Source: Minisyncoccota bacterium (lineage in GTDB: Bacteria > Patescibacteriota > Minisyncoccia > UBA6257 > GWB1-50-10). From it: 64,000 bases of DNA. This document shows, in pieces, positions 1 to 9,838 of this stretch. The position numbers and the translations under genes are program-made. A model generated the notes under the pieces. It was given only the letters and a program-made list of their open reading frames with translations, did not search any database and was not told where the DNA came from. Within the stretch, counting starts at the first letter, position 1. Each line of letters opens with the position of its first letter. The stretch is from positions 10,836 through 74,835 of the forward strand of contig JBAYJE010000002.1 of the NCBI GenBank assembly GCA_041665265.1. The letters are read 5' to 3'.

Positions 1-131
1 CAGCATCAGTTTCTGAAATAAAAAAGATGGCAGTAAAGGAGGGGATGGAGACAATGTTTGAAGATGGATTGGATAAAGCAGAACGTGGAATCACTACCAT
101 TGAAGAAGTGCTTCGTGTGGTAAACGAATAA
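1..131 (+). CDS. pilB: Type IV pilus assembly ATPase PilB/GspE, C-terminal fragment (gene starts upstream of window)
   Basis: Frame ending TAA at 129-131 translates ...EDGLDKAERGITTIEEVLRVVNE, the typical C-terminal tail of GspE/PilB ATPases; sits immediately upstream of pilC. Confidence 0.6.
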   Translation, partial: ASVSEIKKMAVKEGMETMFEDGLDKAERGITTIEEVLRVVNE

Positions 132-135
132 TTAT

Positions 136-1347
136 ATGGCACTCTATCAATACGAGGCAGTAGATAAAAAAGGGAAGAGTGTGAAGGGTGATTTCGAGGC
201 GCCTTCGAAAGATGCGGTAGTTGAATTTCTCTCAAAGCGTGGATTATTTCCCGTAGTGATTGGGGTACGAGGCGAAAAGAAATTAAATGCCGACATTGCC
301 CTTTTTGATCACATTCGACCAATCGACAAGATTCTTTTAGTGCGTAATCTTGGCGCAACAATAAAGGCAGGACTCAGCCTTATTGAGGCCTTGGATATTC
401 TTATTGTGGATACCACAAAAAAACCACTTAAGAATATTCTTATTCGTGCAAAGAGTAATCTTGAAAACGGACAGCCGCTTTCTTCAACATTTGCAGAATA
501 TAAAAAAGATTTTCCTGCAATTTTTGTAGGTCTCTTACGCGCAGGAGAGGCCTCAGGGAGACTTGATACTACCCTTGAAGAACTTTCCCATCACTTGGTG
601 CGAGAGTATGGACTTGTGCGCAAGATACGCTCAGCGCTCGCATATCCGATATTACTTCTTACTGCTTCTGTAGGTGTGGTGGTTCTTCTTCTTACTTTTG
701 TACTTCCACGCCTCGTAAAAACGTTTGCACAAAGCGGCGCGGAACTCCCTGCGGTGACGCGGGCCCTTATGTCAGCAAGTGAAATCGCTCTTTATAGTCC
801 TACGTTTGATGTTATTTTTGTTGCGATTCTTATATGGTTTTTCACTTTTTTTAGTAGAACAGAAATAGGAAAGAAGTTTTTTGATCGATTCTTTTTACGT
901 ATTCCTATTGCGAACGATCTCCTGAAAAAAATCTCACTCGTGCGTTTTACGCGGACTCTTTCGAGTCTTATTAAAAGTGGCACCCCCATTGTCGATGCAC
1001 TGCATCTTTCGGCAGATTCTCTTGGGAACATTCTTTATCGTACGGCGATTATTACTTCTGTTGAACAAGTGCGAAATGGAGTACCTCTTTCTCACTCACT
1101 CGAACAGTATCCTCATCTTTTCCCAAAATTTCTTACGAGCCTTATTCTTGTGGGAGAGAAAACGGGAACTCTCGAGGGAATTTTAAAAACTTTTTCAGAA
1201 TTTTATGATGAAGAAGTTGACGCATCACTGAAGGAACTTACTACTCTCCTTGAGCCGCTTCTCTTACTCTTTATGGGACTTATGATTGGTACTATTGCCA
1301 TCGCAGTACTTATGCCAATTTATCAGCTTATTGGTAAATTTAGATAA
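136..1347 (+). CDS. pilC: Type IV pilus assembly protein PilC / type II secretion system protein F (GspF family)
   Basis: 403 aa ORF; three hydrophobic segments plus two GspF-like cytoplasmic domains; N-terminus MALYQYEAVDKKGKSVKG typical of PilC; follows PilB fragment. Confidence 0.85.
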   Translation: MALYQYEAVDKKGKSVKGDFEAPSKDAVVEFLSKRGLFPVVIGVRGEKKLNADIALFDHIRPIDKILLVRNLGATIKAGLSLIEALDILIVDTTKKPLKNILIRAKSNLENGQPLSSTFAEYKKDFPAIFVGLLRAGEASGRLDTTLEELSHHLVREYGLVRKIRSALAYPILLLTASVGVVVLLLTFVLPRLVKTFAQSGAELPAVTRALMSASEIALYSPTFDVIFVAILIWFFTFFSRTEIGKKFFDRFFLRIPIANDLLKKISLVRFTRTLSSLIKSGTPIVDALHLSADSLGNILYRTAIITSVEQVRNGVPLSHSLEQYPHLFPKFLTSLILVGEKTGTLEGILKTFSEFYDEEVDASLKELTTLLEPLLLLFMGLMIGTIAIAVLMPIYQLIGKFR

Positions 1348-1349
1348 TC

Positions 1350-1805
1350 ATGAGAGGATTTTCATTGCTTGAATTATTACTAGTAATTGGAATTCTCGCT
1401 ATTTTGGGCACGGTTGGTGCAGGATTCTATGGATCATTTTCAAGTAATGTACAACTCGATGCTACGGCGCGTGCCATCATTTCTGATCTTAAATTTGCGC
1501 GCGCAAAAGCTATCGCAGGAGAAAATAGATATAATTGGGGACTTCATTTCGTAAATAGTACCAGTAGCCCGTACTATCAGTTTTTTTCGACGACCGCATT
1601 AACGTATACCACTGATGCATCAACTACGGTAATTTCTACTACTACGCTTGGTAGTACTATTGTGTTTGTGACGCCTCCAATCTCTTCAAGTACTGACATA
1701 TTATTTAACGCAATTAGAGGCACTACTACCTCCTCAACTATTACTATTTCGCGAAGTTCGTCTACGCGATCAATCTATGTTTCTCCTTCTGGGATGGTTA
1801 ACTAA
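1350..1805 (+). CDS. Prepilin-type N-terminal cleavage/methylation domain protein (pseudopilin)
   Basis: N-terminus MRGFSLLELLLVIGILAILG matches the class III signal peptide (G|FSLLE) of type IV pilins; Thr/Ser-rich C-terminal part. Confidence 0.8.
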   Translation: MRGFSLLELLLVIGILAILGTVGAGFYGSFSSNVQLDATARAIISDLKFARAKAIAGENRYNWGLHFVNSTSSPYYQFFSTTALTYTTDASTTVISTTTLGSTIVFVTPPISSSTDILFNAIRGTTTSSTITISRSSSTRSIYVSPSGMVN

Positions 1806-1809
1806 CTAT

Positions 1810-2451
1810 ATGCAAAAGAATATTTCAGAAAGCGGACAGTTACTTGTTGAGATGATTCTTGCAATTGCAGGTGCAGTTATTGTCCTCTCACTTGGTTCGC
1901 AACTCATTTATACGGGTCTTATAAGTAATAAAGCGGCAGGTGATAAGAGCGCGGCGGTAGGACTTATTGATGAGACATTTAATGCAGTTGAGGGTGCAAC
2001 CGTGGAGAACTGGAATAATCTTTTTAATCTCACAAAACCGAGTACCGCATATTATCCACAGAAGTCAGCGGGGAAGTGGGTGATTGCAACTGGTACTGAA
2101 GCGGTCTCAATCAACAACATAACATATGCACGTTCATTTACGATTCAAAATGTCTGTCGTTCAAGTTCAACGGTAACGGGCATTAGTGATACTGGGGGTC
2201 TTGCAGTCACTTGTGCTACGAATGGTGGCTCATATGATCCCTCGACTCAGCGGGTAAGTGTGACGGTTACCGCTTCAAGCAGCGACCCACTAGTCTCCAC
2301 AAAATATGTAACCAGGTGGAGAAATAAGGTGTGTGCCCATACGAGTTGGCTTTCCACAAGCACTGGCGTAGTCAGCTGTCCTTCCACCGTGTATACTTCA
2401 AAAACAAATGTCGAAGCAAGTTCGAGTATTACAATTTGTAGCGGTTGTTAA
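1810..2451 (+). CDS. Pilin-like protein (type IV pilin-like hydrophobic N-terminus, Cys-rich C-terminus)
   Basis: Start reassigned to ATG 1810 (MQKNISESGQLLVEMILAIAGAVIVL); a Glu in an N-terminal hydrophobic helix as in pilins; several Cys near the C-terminus. Confidence 0.55.
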   Translation: MQKNISESGQLLVEMILAIAGAVIVLSLGSQLIYTGLISNKAAGDKSAAVGLIDETFNAVEGATVENWNNLFNLTKPSTAYYPQKSAGKWVIATGTEAVSINNITYARSFTIQNVCRSSSTVTGISDTGGLAVTCATNGGSYDPSTQRVSVTVTASSSDPLVSTKYVTRWRNKVCAHTSWLSTSTGVVSCPSTVYTSKTNVEASSSITICSGC

Positions 2452-2460
2452 TTTATTTTT

Positions 2461-3084
2461 ATGATTACTTCTAAGTCACTATATCACTCAAATCTCACCC
2501 TTCTTTTTAGTGAAGTAGGATTTTCAGCACCAGAAAATGATGTATTTAATTCGCTCTATGGAGGCGATGCAGCACGAGGTATGAGGTTTGTGGATGACCC
2601 AGTTATTGGTGCAAAAGTGCTTACTCTTCCGCAATTAAAGATGCGCGCAGTTCTTGAGGGACGACGATTACGCATAGAAGATGAATCACAAGAAGAGCCG
2701 GGGATTTCGCGTGTTATTCTCGAATCGTTAAGAATAAATAGCATTTTTGAAAAAAATGAACTTGAGGCGTTCGGATTTAACTTCGATGTCTACTATCGCT
2801 TTAATAATGTAATTCCGATGAAATATATTTTCGAAAATATATTTGGGGATAAGATTTTGAAGAAAAAGGATCTTATGAATTTTGGTATGCAATTCAGTCT
2901 GGATAAAGGGAAACAGGGAATTGTGGATACTTATTTTTTGAAAATCACCGCACCGCTTGAGCTTATGGTGCATATGAATCGCCATTTTCCTACAAAAAAG
3001 ATGCCCCCAGAAAAAGAGCTCCGCGCTATGTTTGTGAATTGCTATAATGAAATAGAAGAAGTTATCAAAGATTCAAAGTGGTAA
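2461..3084 (+). CDS. Hypothetical protein (no signal peptide) inside pilus cluster
   Basis: 207 aa ORF, no recognisable motif. Confidence 0.5.
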   Translation: MITSKSLYHSNLTLLFSEVGFSAPENDVFNSLYGGDAARGMRFVDDPVIGAKVLTLPQLKMRAVLEGRRLRIEDESQEEPGISRVILESLRINSIFEKNELEAFGFNFDVYYRFNNVIPMKYIFENIFGDKILKKKDLMNFGMQFSLDKGKQGIVDTYFLKITAPLELMVHMNRHFPTKKMPPEKELRAMFVNCYNEIEEVIKDSKW

Positions 3085-3103
3085 CGGTTTTATTATTGCA
3101 CTC

Positions 3104-4879
3104 ATGTCCCTTCATCCAAACGGCGTAACATTAGATCAGCGGCATAAGAAGGGCGTTATCATGATAGCGCTCGTGACCTTATTCGAATTTGTACTTTCGA
3201 CTATTTTTGTTATTTCTCTCGCAAGTTTTACTTTGTTTCCTAATCAAGTAAATGCAGTGGCGGGTGTTTCTAAAAAACTCTCATATCAAGGACGACTTAC
3301 TGATACTTCGGGTAATGCGTTGGGCGGTGCAGGAACTACGTATTATTTTTGTCTTTCAATTTATGACGCGGCCGCTGCGGGTGCAAAATTATGGCCGGCA
3401 GGAACTCCTACTTCAGCGGGTGCAACGGTGACGAATGGCGTTTTTAATCTTGGTATTGGAGAGGCGGATTCACTCGCGACATATGATTTTTCTGCGAACG
3501 ATACCGAGTATTTAAATATTGAGGTTGCTGCATCAAATGGTACTTGTGGTGGAGCGCCCTTTGAAACACTCGCACCTCGTCAGAGACTCGATGCGGTTGC
3601 CTATGCTCGTGTTGCGGAGAATTTATCAGGAGGAAATGCCAGAGTAGGAACGGGTGCAGGAGTGACCAGCGGAAGTCAGAAATATGTACATCTTGATGTA
3701 ATGAGTCAAGCGGCAGTTGAGGCTACGGGAGATGCGTGTCCTACAGGATCGGTGAATGGCTCTGTGTGGTATAACTCATCGCGTACGCGTGCATTAGTTT
3801 GTGAAAACAATGTGATTCGCGTGTTAAGTGGTATTGAAGGAGTAAAGGAACAGAGTGTGGCTGCGGGAAGTGAGATAAAGTGGGGCGTGGTAAATATCTC
3901 AGGGTCTAACAATATCACGGTGAGTCAGACAGGAAGCACTATTCAACTTTCAGTACCAAGCCAGACCGTACAAACTCAGAATCTTCATAATATGACAATC
4001 TCTGGAAATACTGCGGGAGTACTCGCGGCTATTTCTTCAGGAACTCTTACTCTCGCGGGGGGGAATAATATTACCCTTTCTCAAAATGGAAATGCGGTGA
4101 CTATCTCTGCGGGCGCAGGCGGCGGAGGTGCCGCACTTCAGGGTTCGGGAACGTATAGCCAAAATACAGGGACGATTCAGTTTGCAAACTCAAATGGAGT
4201 TACTTTTGGTCTTTCTAATAATGGTGTGATGACCGCGAGTGTTGCTGCGGGTGGTGGCGGTGCAGGACTGACTCGAAATATGTATGACAATTTGGGAGGG
4301 CGTGACTTTATCACGAATATCACAAATATTACTGCCATTTCTCAACGCCCTGTATTCACCCCATTCTATTTAGACGCCGATATTCAGGTGGATAGAATTG
4401 CTCTTGAAATGTCGCGTGCAACATCTGGCTCAAATTTATTTACTGTGCAGATGGCACTTTATACGCAGGTGAATAGTACTCAGATTTCACGACTCGCAAG
4501 TTTACAAAATGTATTTTCAAATACCGCAACTGCAAGTATTTCTGGTGTGAGGCAGTTCCATCTTTCTGGATTTGAGGCTGCGGGAACCTCACTTTCACCA
4601 GGTGTATATATCATGGGCGCATACTTTTCAGCAGCAGCGACTGCAAGTATGAACTACTCAATTCGCGGAGGAATTACTGTGGCTCCTCCAGTGGGCATTA
4701 TTAATGTTGGTTCAAATGTAGTCTATACTGCAACTTCACAATTATCTACGAATCATTTGCGCATGTTTCAGGGGAGATATACTAATACTACAAATGCACT
4801 ACCCGCATCAGTTGCGGCAAGCCAGATACAAGGATGGACGTCCGCGGTACCCTTTTATTTCAGAATTCAAAATACATAA
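3104..4879 (+). CDS. Large secreted/surface protein, Gly/Ser/Thr/Asn-rich with internal repeats (NITxSQxG...)
   Basis: 591 aa; N-terminal signal/anchor (alternative start at 3161, MIALVTLFEF...SLASFTLFPNQVNA|VAG); repeated GSNNITVSQTGSTIQLS / GGNNITLSQNGNAVTIS blocks and poly-Gly stretches. Confidence 0.55.
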   Translation: MSLHPNGVTLDQRHKKGVIMIALVTLFEFVLSTIFVISLASFTLFPNQVNAVAGVSKKLSYQGRLTDTSGNALGGAGTTYYFCLSIYDAAAAGAKLWPAGTPTSAGATVTNGVFNLGIGEADSLATYDFSANDTEYLNIEVAASNGTCGGAPFETLAPRQRLDAVAYARVAENLSGGNARVGTGAGVTSGSQKYVHLDVMSQAAVEATGDACPTGSVNGSVWYNSSRTRALVCENNVIRVLSGIEGVKEQSVAAGSEIKWGVVNISGSNNITVSQTGSTIQLSVPSQTVQTQNLHNMTISGNTAGVLAAISSGTLTLAGGNNITLSQNGNAVTISAGAGGGGAALQGSGTYSQNTGTIQFANSNGVTFGLSNNGVMTASVAAGGGGAGLTRNMYDNLGGRDFITNITNITAISQRPVFTPFYLDADIQVDRIALEMSRATSGSNLFTVQMALYTQVNSTQISRLASLQNVFSNTATASISGVRQFHLSGFEAAGTSLSPGVYIMGAYFSAAATASMNYSIRGGITVAPPVGIINVGSNVVYTATSQLSTNHLRMFQGRYTNTTNALPASVAASQIQGWTSAVPFYFRIQNT

Positions 4880-4882
4880 ATC

Positions 4883-5608
4883 ATGCAACCACAGATAATC
4901 GTACCTCAGTATAAAGGTGTTCATAATAGTAATATTGCAGAAGCAAATAAGAGGCTTGAAATATCAAAATCATATAAAGATTTATCCACAATCATTATTT
5001 GTCCTACACGAGGAACAATTTCTGCAAAAGTAGTACAGAGTTGGATGGGGTTGATGCGCCCCATGAATCAAAAGGTACTTGGTCCACTTTTTGCAATCGG
5101 TATGGAGGTGGGAGAGGCGTATAATTCGATGATTGAGATGGTTTTGCAGAACCCCGAACTTTCAACATGGAAATATATTTTGACGATTGAGGAAGATAAT
5201 ATGCCTCCCCCCGATGGCCTCCTTAAATTATATGAGTCGATGGATATATATGATGTAGTAGGAGGTCTTTATTGGACGAAAGGTGAGGGAGGGCAACCGA
5301 TGATTTATGGAGACCCGAAGATAGCTCCATTAAATTTTATTCCTCAAATTCCTATTTCAGAAGGTGTACAGGCCGCAAATGGACTTGGTATGGGATTTAA
5401 TTTATTTAAACTCGAGATATTTAAAAATGAGAAGTTAGAACGACCATGGTTTAAAACTCTTCAAGAATTTATTCCGGGACAGGGTGGACGGGGATATACA
5501 CAAGACCTCTATTTTTACGAACGCGCGGGGAAGCTAGGGTATAAGTTTGCGTGTGATACACGAATAAAAGTGGGACATTATGATGTGGCTATGGATGTGG
5601 TATGGTAA
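4883..5608 (+). CDS. Hypothetical protein, possibly GT-A-like glycosyltransferase
   Basis: 241 aa; IIICPTRG, TIEEDNMPPPDG (acidic DxD-like) and LYWTK segments resemble GT-A fold enzymes; assignment weak. Confidence 0.35.
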   Translation: MQPQIIVPQYKGVHNSNIAEANKRLEISKSYKDLSTIIICPTRGTISAKVVQSWMGLMRPMNQKVLGPLFAIGMEVGEAYNSMIEMVLQNPELSTWKYILTIEEDNMPPPDGLLKLYESMDIYDVVGGLYWTKGEGGQPMIYGDPKIAPLNFIPQIPISEGVQAANGLGMGFNLFKLEIFKNEKLERPWFKTLQEFIPGQGGRGYTQDLYFYERAGKLGYKFACDTRIKVGHYDVAMDVVW

Positions 5609-6594
5609 CTTTTATGCAAAAAAAACGAGGTGAATATCTAGTAAGTATTTTTTTTGTTGTGAGTATACTCTTTTTGGTATATGGGGTTATTTTTTTGTGG
5701 CAACAAAATCAAGAAAGAGGCGAGAAAAAAGTGACAGAAGAAAACGGAGAAGTGAGTCACTCATTATTAAATCCATCTGTAACCGCAAATCTTGGCAAGC
5801 ATTATATTGTTAATATCGCTCCTTTGCGTGAGAAGCTCGTGGCGTTACAAAGAGAGTATAAGGAGAAAACATATATTTATTTTCTCTATCTTAACAATGG
5901 GGTATGGATTGGGTTAAATGAGAAGGATGTTTTTAAGGCAGCAAGCACGTTGAAGGTTCCTCTTGCAATGTCGGTGATGAAGACAGTAGAAGATGGATTA
6001 ATTGACCTTGATAAACCGTATACAATTGAAGCATCAGAGGTAGATGGCAGGTTTGGCGAATTATACAAAAAGGGGGTGGGCAATGAATATACATTAGGCA
6101 ATCTTATGGAGATTATGCTTGAGCAATCTGATAACACAGCAGCAAATGCAGTTAATGATTTACTTATTCGTCTTGGCATTAATGATCCGCTTGCGAATGT
6201 ATACACCGCACTTGGTTGGCAATATCTTGAGCCGCCCGTTGTTAATGAGACTCCTAACTATGCAGATATTAATTTGAAAACACTTACAAATATATTTTTA
6301 TCGCTTTATAACTCAACGTACCTTACTCCAGCTCACTCACAACAGATACTCACATATCTTGCAAACACTCCTTTCAATGAAAAAATTGCAGGTGGCGTGG
6401 CAAAAGATATTCCTGTAAGTCATAAGATTGGTATTAGTGCAGACACTGGTACATTTTCAGATTGTGGTATCGTATATGCGCCCAATCGAAATTACGTGTT
6501 ATGTGTCGGCACAAATGGTATGAGTGAACAAAAAGCAAATGAATTCATGGAAAAGCTTTCTTCTTCCGTCTATACTTATGTAGTTAATAATTAA
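5602..6594 (+). CDS. Class A beta-lactamase-like serine hydrolase (membrane-anchored)
   Basis: S-x-x-K (ASTLKV), SDN loop (EQSDNTAANAV) and K-x-G (HKIGIS) motifs in canonical order; N-terminal TM segment. Confidence 0.7.
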   Translation: MVTFMQKKRGEYLVSIFFVVSILFLVYGVIFLWQQNQERGEKKVTEENGEVSHSLLNPSVTANLGKHYIVNIAPLREKLVALQREYKEKTYIYFLYLNNGVWIGLNEKDVFKAASTLKVPLAMSVMKTVEDGLIDLDKPYTIEASEVDGRFGELYKKGVGNEYTLGNLMEIMLEQSDNTAANAVNDLLIRLGINDPLANVYTALGWQYLEPPVVNETPNYADINLKTLTNIFLSLYNSTYLTPAHSQQILTYLANTPFNEKIAGGVAKDIPVSHKIGISADTGTFSDCGIVYAPNRNYVLCVGTNGMSEQKANEFMEKLSSSVYTYVVNN

Positions 6595-6596
6595 TT

Positions 6597-7109
6597 ATGA
6601 AATTAGATATCGCATGCGGACAAAATAAACAGCCAGGATTTAAGGGGGTAGATGTGGTGGGAGGTCCTGGAGTGGATTATGTGTGGGACCTCGAAGTATT
6701 TCCGTGGAAGCCGTTTAAGGATAACTCGGTTGAAGAGGTATATGTGAGTCATTATGCAGAACACACGAAGGACCTTATGAAATTTATGAATGAGGTGTAT
6801 CGCATTTGTGAAGACGGAGCGAAAGTAACTATTGTGGGACCTTACTATACTTCAATTCGTGCGTGGCAAGATCCAACGCACACTCGAGCACTTTCGGAAG
6901 CGACATGGATGTATTATAACCAGGCCTGGCTCAAAATGAACAAACTAGATCACTACCCGATTACTTGTAATTTTGAGGTGTCAAAAATTCTTGTATTTTA
7001 TAATCCGCCGTGGGATAAAAAAACTGAAGAGGCACGACAATTTGCACAACAACACTATTTTAATGTTATTTCCGACATTCTCGTTGAGTTGAAGGTGGTT
7101 AAGGTATAA
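6597..7109 (+). CDS. Class I SAM-dependent methyltransferase
   Basis: MKLDIACGQNKQPGFKGVDV glycine-rich SAM-binding motif I; 170 aa. Confidence 0.65.
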   Translation: MKLDIACGQNKQPGFKGVDVVGGPGVDYVWDLEVFPWKPFKDNSVEEVYVSHYAEHTKDLMKFMNEVYRICEDGAKVTIVGPYYTSIRAWQDPTHTRALSEATWMYYNQAWLKMNKLDHYPITCNFEVSKILVFYNPPWDKKTEEARQFAQQHYFNVISDILVELKVVKV

Positions 7110-7116
7110 TAAAGAA

Positions 7117-7674
7117 ATGGAATTGATGAATCCCAATATAAAACGAATCTGGGAACTCGTAGGGCTTGCGTTTGCAATTATGTTTGTAGTGCTTCTTATT
7201 GTATTTCGAAGAGAACTTTCTGGTGCACCACGTGTGGTTGATATTGGACCTGCACCTGAGGTGAAACAGGAGATAATGACGAATCCATCTCTAACGTCGC
7301 TTCCTCCTCCTGAAAAGGAAGCAGTTCATGCAAGTACAATTGATTATAAGGGTGAGAAGATATTACCAAATAATACCGAAAAACTTCCTGAGGCAACTCG
7401 ATTCGAGTCATTTAGTTATGATCCCGCAGTAGGGAAGGAGGTAAATTTTACGAGTACTTGTAATGATGTGTATTATTCGGTACTTATTTTTAGTGGGTTA
7501 GATGATTATAAAAAGAACCCCGGCGCGGCCAAAGTGAATAACTCGTTCGCGTGTCCTACGAATCGTATCGCAGTTATTAAATTTAACATTGCGGATTTTA
7601 ACCTTCCCATCGGGCGATACTATGTATTTATTGCTGACCAAGGGAAAAGTGGTACGTGGTATAACCCGCGATAA
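7117..7674 (+). CDS. Hypothetical membrane-anchored protein
   Basis: N-terminal TM (LVGLAFAIMFVVLLIVF) then Cys-containing extracytoplasmic domain. Confidence 0.5.
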   Translation: MELMNPNIKRIWELVGLAFAIMFVVLLIVFRRELSGAPRVVDIGPAPEVKQEIMTNPSLTSLPPPEKEAVHASTIDYKGEKILPNNTEKLPEATRFESFSYDPAVGKEVNFTSTCNDVYYSVLIFSGLDDYKKNPGAAKVNNSFACPTNRIAVIKFNIADFNLPIGRYYVFIADQGKSGTWYNPR

Positions 7675-7680
7675 TTATTT

Positions 7681-8136
7681 ATGAAAGTACTTAAACTGAC
7701 AGTAATTATCGGAGGTGTTATTCTCACATTTTTTGTGGGATTTTTCGTATCTCAATGGATAGATGTAAGACCCGAGGAAGATAGTAGAGATACCACTTCA
7801 TGGTATACGGTCCGTATGGTAGGTGGTGAGGAATATTATGGACATCTTGATTTGGTAACTAGCGACTCATTGAAACTCGATGATGTGTATTATATTGAGA
7901 CGCTGAGTGCTCCCATGGCCCCCATTTCTACAAGTACCAATTACCAATTGCAATCAGAATTAACACCGAAGGAGATTTATAACCTTGTTCGTAAAGGGGA
8001 GAATAGTACTTCATCTGAAGCACACACACTCTATTTAAATAAAAACGCAGTTGTTTCATGGGAGAAACTCACATCCGACGCACAAATGGTGAGGTTAATC
8101 GAGAAATCAAAAGGAGGTGCACAGGAGGCGAAATAG
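7681..8136 (+). CDS. Hypothetical membrane-anchored protein
   Basis: N-terminal TM (LTVIIGGVILTFFVGFFV); 151 aa. Confidence 0.5.
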   Translation: MKVLKLTVIIGGVILTFFVGFFVSQWIDVRPEEDSRDTTSWYTVRMVGGEEYYGHLDLVTSDSLKLDDVYYIETLSAPMAPISTSTNYQLQSELTPKEIYNLVRKGENSTSSEAHTLYLNKNAVVSWEKLTSDAQMVRLIEKSKGGAQEAK

Positions 8137-8144
8137 TTACACAT

Positions 8145-9317
8145 ATGAATAATCTTAAGAGTAATACTTATGTAGCGCTCCTCGTGTGTGTGTCGCTTGT
8201 GTTTCCTTTTCAAACCCTTGGATTTGAAGCTACTTCAACTACCTACGAACTTCATGGGGCCGCAGTAGAGAGTGTTTCTGGAAATGGAACCTCCACAAGC
8301 TATCAAGCAAGAAATGCAGGTGGGCAGACGGGTACCGGTATTTCTACAAATGTAAAAAAAGCATATTCAGGAATTCTTTATTGGCTTACAGGATTATTTA
8401 CTCAACAATATGAACAAGTGCATTATAGATGGCGCAATGATGACGGTACTGAGGTGTCAGCAACATTTGCAGCAAATGAAGATTCTCAATATTTAAATAT
8501 TCCTCAGAATACGACTAAGCGATTGCGATTTGAAGTTTCTAATTCGGGATGGACACGTGGCACGGCTCCACAATTTAAACTAGAATATGCATCAACCGGT
8601 ACATGTAGTGCTGGTTCGTATTCAGCGGTACCAATAAATACCACCTCATCTGAGTGGATGATTTCTACCTCAACAAATGTGACTGATGCGGAAGTAACGA
8701 CTAATGTGGCGAGTGGACTTACTGATGCAAATTCAACATTTGTGGCAGGTCAGGTGAAGACGACCGGAAATACCACGGCCGCCATTACTCTTACTTCCGA
8801 GCAATTTACAGAAATAGAATATGTGCTTGTGGCAAATACATCGAGTAATGGAGCGTATTGTTTTCGCGTAACGAATAATGGTGCAACAACTAATTTGCTC
8901 TATACCCAATATGCAATGGCGACGGTGTTAGCAGGTTTGCCTGCAACAGGGGATATAACCTCAGCTACATTTGATACGGGAGTCACGGGGGGAGTCGCTT
9001 ATAATTCAATGATGTGGCTTGGTACTGCGGGCACAGGCAAGGTACGTTTCCAACTTGCAACCTCAAATAGTACGAGTGGGCCTTGGTCATTTATTGGGTA
9101 TGATGGAGTAACCTGTGGGACGAGCTATTGGTATGACACAGGAATCTCACCTTCAGGAGGACCTGGAATTCCTATTGAGCTTACCTGTGCGCCACAGGAT
9201 CAAAACAATCAACGTTATTATCAATATCGTGTGCAGCTTTGTTCGGCAAGCGATTGCACAAGTGCAGGAGCAACAAGTCCGGTCGTCTCAGATGTTATGG
9301 TAAATTGGTCTCCATAA
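8145..9317 (+). CDS. Secreted Thr/Ser-rich hypothetical protein (possible pilus-associated surface protein)
   Basis: Start set at ATG 8145 (MNNLKSNTYVALLVCVSLVFPFQTLG signal peptide) rather than ORF-track 8058, which overlaps the upstream gene; 6 Cys in C-terminal part. Confidence 0.55.
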   Translation: MNNLKSNTYVALLVCVSLVFPFQTLGFEATSTTYELHGAAVESVSGNGTSTSYQARNAGGQTGTGISTNVKKAYSGILYWLTGLFTQQYEQVHYRWRNDDGTEVSATFAANEDSQYLNIPQNTTKRLRFEVSNSGWTRGTAPQFKLEYASTGTCSAGSYSAVPINTTSSEWMISTSTNVTDAEVTTNVASGLTDANSTFVAGQVKTTGNTTAAITLTSEQFTEIEYVLVANTSSNGAYCFRVTNNGATTNLLYTQYAMATVLAGLPATGDITSATFDTGVTGGVAYNSMMWLGTAGTGKVRFQLATSNSTSGPWSFIGYDGVTCGTSYWYDTGISPSGGPGIPIELTCAPQDQNNQRYYQYRVQLCSASDCTSAGATSPVVSDVMVNWSP

Positions 9318-9835
9318 TGAATATATATAATCAAAAAGGATTTAGTTTACTCGAACTTCTTATATATACCGCGATTCTTGCAATTGTTACGGTGGTTATT
9401 GCGGGAGCTTTTACTACCCTTAATAGGGGCCGAGGGAGGTCGGAAGCGCAGGTTGAGGTGAATTCTAACTTACGCTTTGCAATCGATCTTATTGCACAAG
9501 ATTTACGTTCGGCGACTGCAATTTCAGTGCCTGCAACTGCAAATGCAACCTCATCATCACTCTCAGCAATAGTAAGTGGAGTCGCAGTAAATTATTGTAT
9601 AACCTCGAGCACCTTACGGAGACAGTCGGCAGGCGCATGTTCTGCCTCTTCAGAAGCAGTTACTTCTAATCTTGTTTTAGTGGACAGCCTCCTTTTTACT
9701 CGTCTTGAAAATACTAATGCCACGCTTTCAAAAACCATTATTTCAATTGAGACGAGCTTAGCACTCAGTTACAACAGTTCAAGTCCAGATTGGCAATATT
9801 CTTCTAGCAAGAAAACAACGGTTGCATTGTATTAA
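9317..9835 (+). CDS. Prepilin-type N-terminal cleavage/methylation domain protein (pseudopilin)
   Basis: Start at ATG 9317 overlapping upstream stop (TAATG); MNIYNQKGFSLLELLIYTAILAIVTVV class III signal peptide. Confidence 0.8.
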   Translation: MNIYNQKGFSLLELLIYTAILAIVTVVIAGAFTTLNRGRGRSEAQVEVNSNLRFAIDLIAQDLRSATAISVPATANATSSSLSAIVSGVAVNYCITSSTLRRQSAGACSASSEAVTSNLVLVDSLLFTRLENTNATLSKTIISIETSLALSYNSSSPDWQYSSSKKTTVALY

Positions 9836-9838
9836 AGA

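Noticed and set aside
792-1186. Short antisense or alternative-frame ORFs inside pilC (792..1031 -, 977..1186 +) and similar ones inside the ATPase, helicase and transketolase genes
   Set aside because: They are embedded in well-supported long genes and have no independent signals; typical shadow ORFs
4883-5608. Phage-derived gene in the pilus operon
   Set aside because: No phage structural or integrase neighbours; GT-like motifs fit a glycosylation role better
8058-8144. ORF-track 5' extension of the 8058..9317 ORF
   Set aside because: It overlaps the upstream gene in another frame and precedes the obvious signal peptide start MNNLKSN at 8145
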